Below are positions 57,401 to 64,000 of a stretch of DNA of 64,000 nucleotides, in pieces. A program made the translations under genes and the position numbers. Source of the stretch: Macrostomum lignano. Lineage: Eukaryota. The stretch is from positions 62,001 through 126,000 of the forward strand of contig NIVC01000337.1 in assembly GCA_002269645.1 (NCBI GenBank), given 5' to 3'. Numbering within the stretch: position 1 is the first letter of the stretch; each line of letters starts with the position of its first letter. The notes beneath the pieces were generated by a model that did not search any database, was not told the origin of the DNA, and saw only the letters and a program-made list of their open reading frames with translations.

Positions 57401-60400
57401 CAGACAGGGCACCCTGTGTACGTCGTACACCCTGTGTGAGCATGATGAAGTTAGCATGCCTGCTCGCCTCATCGTTTAGTTGCGGCAAGTTTAGTTCCTG
57501 CAAACAAACCACTTTGTGGGTCGAATCCCTCACGCCAAACAGCAAGGGGACTCACCTTGAGCCTGATCAGCTCGGCCTGCTCGTTATCGAAATCCTCGTC
57601 TTTGACGGCCATACGCTGCGCCACGATGCCGCTGACAATCACCGAGCACGAGTCGGCTAAGTACACCGTGAACTTTGTAAGCCATTCGCCGAGCTCTTTG
57701 AACGAGGCCAGAAGCTCCTCAGGAGTGGCGGACGCCATCAGGGCGGCCTGGTGAGCCTCCTGGCTGTTTCCTGGATAGTCCGGGGCCAGGCGCAGCAGGG
57801 ACTGGATCATCCAGCGCAGCATGCCGATGTGCAGCTGCTTGGCCGATTCTGTCATTCGCGTGTCCTCGCTGTCGATGCCGCTGGCCACTTTGTTAGCCCA
57901 CTTGCCCACCTCCGTCACTACCATATTGGGGTCCAGGCTGGGCTCGCGCTGATTGGCTGGCTGGTCCTCCTTGGCTGTGCTGCCAACCTGGAGTTTATAT
58001 AGTAGGGGGAAGCAACCTCACTCCTCGTGACTGATGCTAAAAAAACATGTACATTAATGTACTCTCCGGCAATCATACATGTAAACAGTCCTTATCACAG
58101 CTGATTCTAAAAATAGAAATGCGCCAACGATTTTCCCTAGACCGGAGAAAATAGCATGACGCTATTGGTCGAATAAACCATTGATAAATTGTCACGTGAT
58201 TGGCTTTGTGGGGGTTGCTTCCACTGTGATGCTAAAAATAGATTAGGCACACGCAATTCGAATGACACTATTGGACGAAAGGATTGTCACGTGATTGTCC
58301 TGAGCCAATAGCGACATGCTTCGTGGGGGTTGCTTCCACTGTGATGCTAAAAATAGATCTATAGATCCAACTAACCGCGGCGATCGTCTCGTCTATAAGG
58401 CTAAGCCAATCCTCGATGAGAGCGTAGAACCGAGTCCACTCCTGCTCTGGCAGCAGCTTGCCGGTGTTCAGCACCGACTGCAGCCGGGTAGTCCACGTCT
58501 CCAGAATGTTCTGCAGATTGATGACTCCCCTGGCGACGCCGTTCTCGCCAATTAGTCGAATATTCAGCTGGCGCATCAGCTTCTCAACCAGGGAGGACAC
58601 GGCGCTCATAGTCTTCTTCTCGGGGAATTCTGCGCCGTCCTCGGCCCGATGCCGGGCAAACAGCGTCACGCAGGTGTCATTCCAGGTGAGCATGAGCCGC
58701 CTCATCGAGGCCATGCTCTCCTGAAGATCCAGCATGACGTCGCCGCCGAACGCGTTGGCCTCCTTGTTCAGCAGGGCCTCAAGCTCGCGCAGCTTGCCGA
58801 GAACCTGGGAGGTGTTCTCAACGGTCAGCAGCTGTTTGAGCCGGGCGGGGCCGTCACTGAGGGTGGCGGCGCGGGGCGATCTGTACTGCTTTCGGGTGCA
58901 AACTCCACAACCCGTGCTTATTAGCCAAACAGTGCAAAATTCCTTTATAAAAAGTGCTTTGTGCTTGGATTCAACCATAAAGTGTTCACTTGGTTAAGCG
59001 CACGTGTCCCATATCAAAATTTCTAATTAAAGTGCATGAACTTCAAATTGCTCGTGATTAATTTTTACCTGAGATCGTCAACGCTGCAAATGAGTGAGGT
59101 TGCAATGAATTGGGAGAATTGAGATCACCTTTATTGAGTACAACTATGGATACTTCTCAATTGGGTCATTGTTCATGACCAGTATGACAAATTTTGATTT
59201 ATTCTTGATGAACAACTTTAATGCCTATGATCTGCACTTGCTATGACCATCTAACCGGTCATTAACGATGCCTGCTATGACAATCTAAAGGGTCATTAAC
59301 AATGCCTGCTATGATCATCTAAAGGGTCATTAATAATGCCTGCTATGACCAGCTAAAGGTCATTAACGATGCCTACTATGACCAGCTAAAGGGTCATTAA
59401 CGATGCCTGCTATGACTGAGACAGAAGTCATCATACGAGTATCTGACTACTTATAAGATTAACTAAGAAGTCATAACAGAGAAACCGGGTCAGTGCGGAT
59501 CCCGGAGCCCCGAACTCACAGGAACTGATCCTCGAAGTTCTCCTGCAGCCCCGTGACCAGCTCACGCAGCTTGGTCAGGTTCTTCCTGCTGCTGTCGTCC
59601 CTCACTCGCAGGTGGCCAACAAACACGTCGACTTTCTCGCGCCAGGTGTCCACCAGAGCCTGCACCCTGGCCAGATCTTCGGTGTCGCGTTCGGACAGCA
59701 GGACGGAGAAATGGCCGGCCAGATGCTGCCAGGCTTTTTCGGCCGCGTGCAGCCGTTTGCAGGAGACCAGCTGAGTCTCCTCCATCACCTTCAGGGCCAG
59801 GCAGTAGGCCGTGTGGCTCCACAGCTCTCGCTCCTCAGTCAGCTGGCTCACCTGTATTAAATAGTGCAGATACCGTGTGTTACTAGTCTATGAAATTTCT
59901 AAATTAAATGTAGTTGAGCCCATCTAAAATGTAAAACTTAAATATGCTGAATATTAGGAGCAGGTGCACTTCTTTAATCCATTAGGTTAAAGTACACTTG
60001 GAAACCTAGGTGCACAAGAACCTTTCGCATACTAAAAGTACACGTGCACTTTAGCAGTAAATTACATACGCACTTTAGCAGAAAAGTACACGTGCACTTT
60101 AGCAGTAAATTACATACGCACTTTAGCAGAAAAGTACACACACATTAACAGAAAGGTACATAAGCACTTTAGCAGAAAAGTACATACACACTTTAGCAGA
60201 GTAAAGTACATAAGCACTTTAGCAGAAAAGTACATACTTTAGCAGCAAAGTGCATACACACCTTAGCAGAAAGGTACATACGCAATTTAGCAGAAAAGTA
60301 CTCATTTACTTAAACAGAAAATTTCCAATATACTTGTACTTGAAAAATACAGATGTCCTTTTGTACTAACACGAACTTTTGATAAAAGATACATATGCAC

Positions 60401-61553
60401 TTTTGTTCTATAAAAGTAAACACGCAATTATACAACTGGCTCGCACCTGATCTTCCAGTCTCGCCCGCTGCAGTTCGTACAGACCGTGGTACTCGCCTAG
60501 CAGGTCGGCCGACCGCTTCGCCTCCTCCAGCGCTTTCCGGAGCTCCTCCTGCGTAGCCCGCGCCTCACCGCTGATCTGTCTGTCGTGATCCTTGACGTCG
60601 ACAAGCTCGGCAGTCAGCACCCCGATGGTGGTTTTGAAACGTAGCAGCTCCTCAGTTAGGCGGCGGTCGAGTGCTCGCTGCGCCATCACTTCATCGTGCA
60701 GACTCTTCACCTGGGCGGGCACCTTCGACAGCAACAGGTTGTAGCGGCCGCGCAGGGTCGACAGCAGCTGGCCGCGCTCAACGCACTCGACGGTCACCTG
60801 GCGAATGAGCTCGTGAAACACGACGTTGTACACGTCCTGCTCGCGCTTCACCAGGTCCAGCAGCCGGTGCATCTGGGTCGGGCCCGTCACCTCGAATTCT
60901 TCATCAACTCCGACGCTGGCCAGCATCTGGTCGAAGGTCTTCGACAGCTGCAGCACCTCCCAGCGACTGGTGGGCTTCCTGCCGATGATTCGAGGTCGCA
61001 TAGATTTAGAAAATTAACTACTTACAGTAAATTTTTTAAGCTTATCGAATAACAACTTACAAGGATGGAAACATCACCAGGTGCTTTTCGTGGTCCTCCA
61101 GTTGGGTGGAATGATCGCTGGAAATTTGCATCATCGTTTTCCAGCATTAGTGACAATTGAAAAAAAGGCAGAGAGTAGCTCTTGAATTGCCGCAGTGTCC
61201 ACAGTCTCCCAATTGAACTAACTGGCAAACTAACGGTCAGGGAAAAAGTACATCGACTCACCTGGGATTGTACTCCAGCCCGACCACCGCTTTGTTTTTC
61301 ACCACGTGAAACTCCTCCGGAATGAGAGTGTCGGGCAGGCGGGCCTCCTTGGGCTCGCCGCCTTGCGCCTGCAGCCTCCGACGCTGCTGCTTCTGCTTGC
61401 GCGCCTGCTCCCGGACCAGCGAGGGGTCCTCGGTGGCTGTCGCGGTCGCCTTGGCCTCCAGTGACTTCACCGCGCTCGGCGCGTCGTACAGAAACGAAAT
61501 GTCCCTGCGAATTAGTCAGGATTTCATCAGTGCGTTTATTAGCTAACTAACTG

Positions 61554-61596
<43 letters not shown>

Positions 61597-61621
61597 GACT
61601 AACTAACTAACTAACTAACTG

Positions 61622-61652
<31 letters not shown>

Positions 61653-61653
61653 G

Positions 61654-61692
<39 letters not shown>

Positions 61693-61713
61693 CACTAACT
61701 AAATAACTAACCG

Positions 61714-61744
<31 letters not shown>

Positions 61745-61745
61745 G

Positions 61746-61812
<67 letters not shown>

Positions 61813-61833
61813 CATTAACTAAATAACTAACCG

Positions 61834-61876
<43 letters not shown>

Positions 61877-61940
61877 GACTAACTAACTAACTAACTAACT
61901 AACTGACTAACTACTAACTAACTAACTAACTAACTAACTG

Positions 61941-61972
<32 letters not shown>

Positions 61973-62032
61973 GCTAACTAATTGACTAACTAACTAACTA
62001 ACTCACTAACTAAATAACTAACTAACTAACTG

Positions 62033-62102
<70 letters not shown>

Positions 62103-62103
62103 C

Positions 62104-62150
<47 letters not shown>

Positions 62151-62202
62151 CAACTAACTAGCTAACTAATTGACTAACTAACTAACTAACTCACTAACTA
62201 AA

Positions 62203-62252
<50 letters not shown>

Positions 62253-62253
62253 G

Positions 62254-62284
<31 letters not shown>

Positions 62285-62313
62285 GCTAACTAACCAGCTA
62301 ACTAACTAGCTAG

Positions 62314-62380
<67 letters not shown>

Positions 62381-62381
62381 G

Positions 62382-62424
<43 letters not shown>

Positions 62425-62425
62425 G

Positions 62426-62480
<55 letters not shown>

Positions 62481-62481
62481 G

Positions 62482-62539
<58 letters not shown>

Positions 62540-63454
62540 CTAACCCTGTCATTTCCGATTAAGTTGACATCCACTTTGGAGCAGCTGTGCTGAATTTCTT
62601 TCCCCATGCGATGGCTACTCACTTGCCGGCGCCGCATACGCAGATCGTTGAGTCGGTGAGATGCTTGAGCTTCTCACGGCGCTTTGGATAATTCCAAACG
62701 TTGGACGGCTTCGGCAGTGCGCGAGGCCGCGCCACCGACGATGGCAAATCGGCGCCGACAAAATCCGGCGGCTGAGTGAGGGAGAAAATCACCTCGTCTG
62801 GCAGGTAGTCATTTGGGGCCTGGCCCGGCTGCTGCTGCTGCTTCTGGTCCTCGTCCTGGTGCCTGTTGGCTCCCGACCTGATCTTGGGTAGGACTGCCAA
62901 GATAAACGGGTGATCAAACTGTTTGGTTAAGCGATTCTTATTGGCTGCATGCGGCGTCGAGAGGATGATTTCAGGATTAGGACGATTCTGATTGGCCAGT
63001 GAGTCAAGGGGTAGATTGAGGGTTAGGACCAAGGGGGTAGATTGGGGGTTAGGGAGGGTCCCGCAGGACGCTTCTGATTGGCCAGTGTATCAAGGGGGTA
63101 GATTGGGGAGTTAGGGAGGGTCCCGAAGGACGCTTCTAATTGGCTAGAGGGTAGATGGATAGATGAGAGGATAGGGAGGGTCCCGCAGGACGCTTCTGAT
63201 TGGCCAGTGTACCAAGGGGGTAGATTTGGGGTTAGGGAGGGTCCCGCAGGACGCTTCTGATTGGCCAGTGTATCAAGGGGGTAGATTGTGGGTTAGGGAC
63301 GATTCTGGTTGGTTAGAGACTCAGCAGATAGGGGAGGGGGCACAGTAATTGTCACGTGACCCTCACCTTGGTTCTGCGCTCGCGGTGTCGGCCCAGCGCT
63401 GCCCCCGGGCGAGGCCGTCGTGCCGTTGCGAAATTCAACGAGCTGCGAAGTCAT
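51462..63454 (-). CDS. AXDND1: Axonemal dynein light chain domain-containing protein 1 homolog (11 exons: 63454-63367, 62893-62623, 61504-61262, 61117-61061, 60978-60447, 59851-59520, 58880-58376, 57987-57556, 53492-53242, 52285-51880, 51545-51462; about 1066 aa)
   Basis: WNYPKRREKLKHL...GAGKDISFLYD; DTLIPEEFHVV; HLVMFPSLKP; FHELIRQVTVECVERGQLL; YHGLYELQRARLE; all junctions GT-AG with consistent phases. Confidence 0.92.
51590..51830. repeat. About 19-bp intronic repeat (TGGAGTAGGCTGGGTGGAC)n
   Basis: Lies in the last AXDND1 intron. Confidence 0.9.
52300..53150. repeat. 46-bp intronic minisatellite (GTAGGTTTATGGCAGTTCTGTGAGGCGGTTTTGGGCAGATTTCCTG)n
   Basis: About 18 units. Confidence 0.95.
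53505..55030. repeat. 15-bp intronic minisatellite (GGAGTAGAGTGGGTT)n
   Basis: About 100 units, starting next to the 53493 acceptor. Confidence 0.96.
55704..56044. mobile_element. Foldback MITE (341 bp), Mutator-like
   Basis: 8-bp TSD CTCGTAGA (55696-55703, 56045-56052); termini start with G; TIR core CATCATAAACCCGAAAAATCACAA; arms built from inverted subrepeats. Confidence 0.8.
56080..56520. repeat. Polypurine low-complexity tract (GGAGA/GAGAG)n
   Basis: About 440 bp almost entirely A/G on the + strand. Confidence 0.93.
56535..56695. repeat. 36-bp repeat (GGGCCGGATCGCTATTGTGAAGTTCAAAAGACCCGA) x about 4
   Basis: Identical-length units without spacers. Confidence 0.9.
59230..59420. repeat. 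34-bp intronic repeat (ATGCCTGCTATGACCATCTAAAGGGTCATTAACG)
   Basis: About 5 units. Confidence 0.85.
60030..60305. repeat. About 24-bp degenerate intronic repeat (AAAGTACATACGCACTTTAGCAGA)
   Basis: About 11 units. Confidence 0.82.
61540..62540. repeat. (CTAA)n microsatellite in AXDND1 intron 2
   Basis: About 250 tetranucleotide units with occasional variants. Confidence 0.98.
62990..63310. repeat. About 62-bp repeat in AXDND1 intron 1 (GATTGGCCAGTGTATCAAGGGGGTAGATT...GGACGCTTCT)
   Basis: About 5 units, each with an ATTGG (CCAAT) box. Confidence 0.85.
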
Positions 63455-64000
63455 CTCGCGGCTGCACAACCGGTGACTGGCTGGAAGGCGCAGAAAAACA
63501 GCAGCTGTTTCAGATTGAAGTCATGATAAGTTTTTTATCATTCAACTGTTGATTGGATTTTTGACAGGAAAGACAAAAAATCGAAACCAGAAAACCCAAA
63601 CAATTCAAGCGCAAAATATTCAAAATAGCAACAGAATTCGACTTTATTATTTTACTTCTATAAAACACAACGATACACCGATAAAAATCAGCACACAGAA
63701 GAGTATCAATAAAATATTCATATCGCAGTTATAATAAAATTTCAACATTAAAATGTCGCACAGGATTACTGATAGTGTTGAAAATTTTCATCAAGAAACA
63801 TTTTTAGTCGCAATTGAAGTTTACTGAGCAACGGTGCAATAAATATTTATAAGAATTCAGAGGCTTAACGCAAAAGAGTAAAGGGTAATTAATATCAATC
63901 AAGGAGTGCCAGAAGTTTTAATTTTTTCCTGATTACAAGGATACCAAACTCTGCTACTATTAGTAGTTGATCAAATATTAATCTTAACAAAACACTTAAT

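Noticed and set aside
61540-62540. (CTAA)n as telomeric repeat
   Set aside because: The unit is a tetramer, not CCCTAA; it is intronic and flanked by in-phase exons.

Overview
Eukaryotic genomic DNA with GC-rich exons and a different micro- or minisatellite in almost every intron. This resembles a free-living flatworm such as Macrostomum (organism is inference). Host genes: an intronless secreted heptapeptide-repeat gene (993-1661 +); the last two exons of an unidentified gene (2512-4523 -); an Id/extramacrochaetae-like HLH gene (27913-29295 -); ASPM/abnormal spindle (40623-48337 +, 7 exons) in which about 83 in-frame EQERL/I repeats sit within the IQ region; a small putative secreted ORF (49761-50069 -); and AXDND1 (51462-63454 -, 11 exons). 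The most unusual structure is an 11.3-kb BEL/Pao LTR element (6807-18095 -, GTGCC TSD) inserted in a 21-bp satellite. It keeps an open gag-protease ORF but has a decayed pol. Inside it, antisense, lies a Ty3/gypsy module with no gag: one ORF fuses a gB-like (class III) envelope C-terminal half and TM helix in frame to an intact PR-RT-RNaseH-IN, followed by a myristoylation-motif tandem-RING ORF. A solo LTR sits in the BEL 3' LTR. No database searches were run; family calls come from motif recognition and coordinates were counted by eye.
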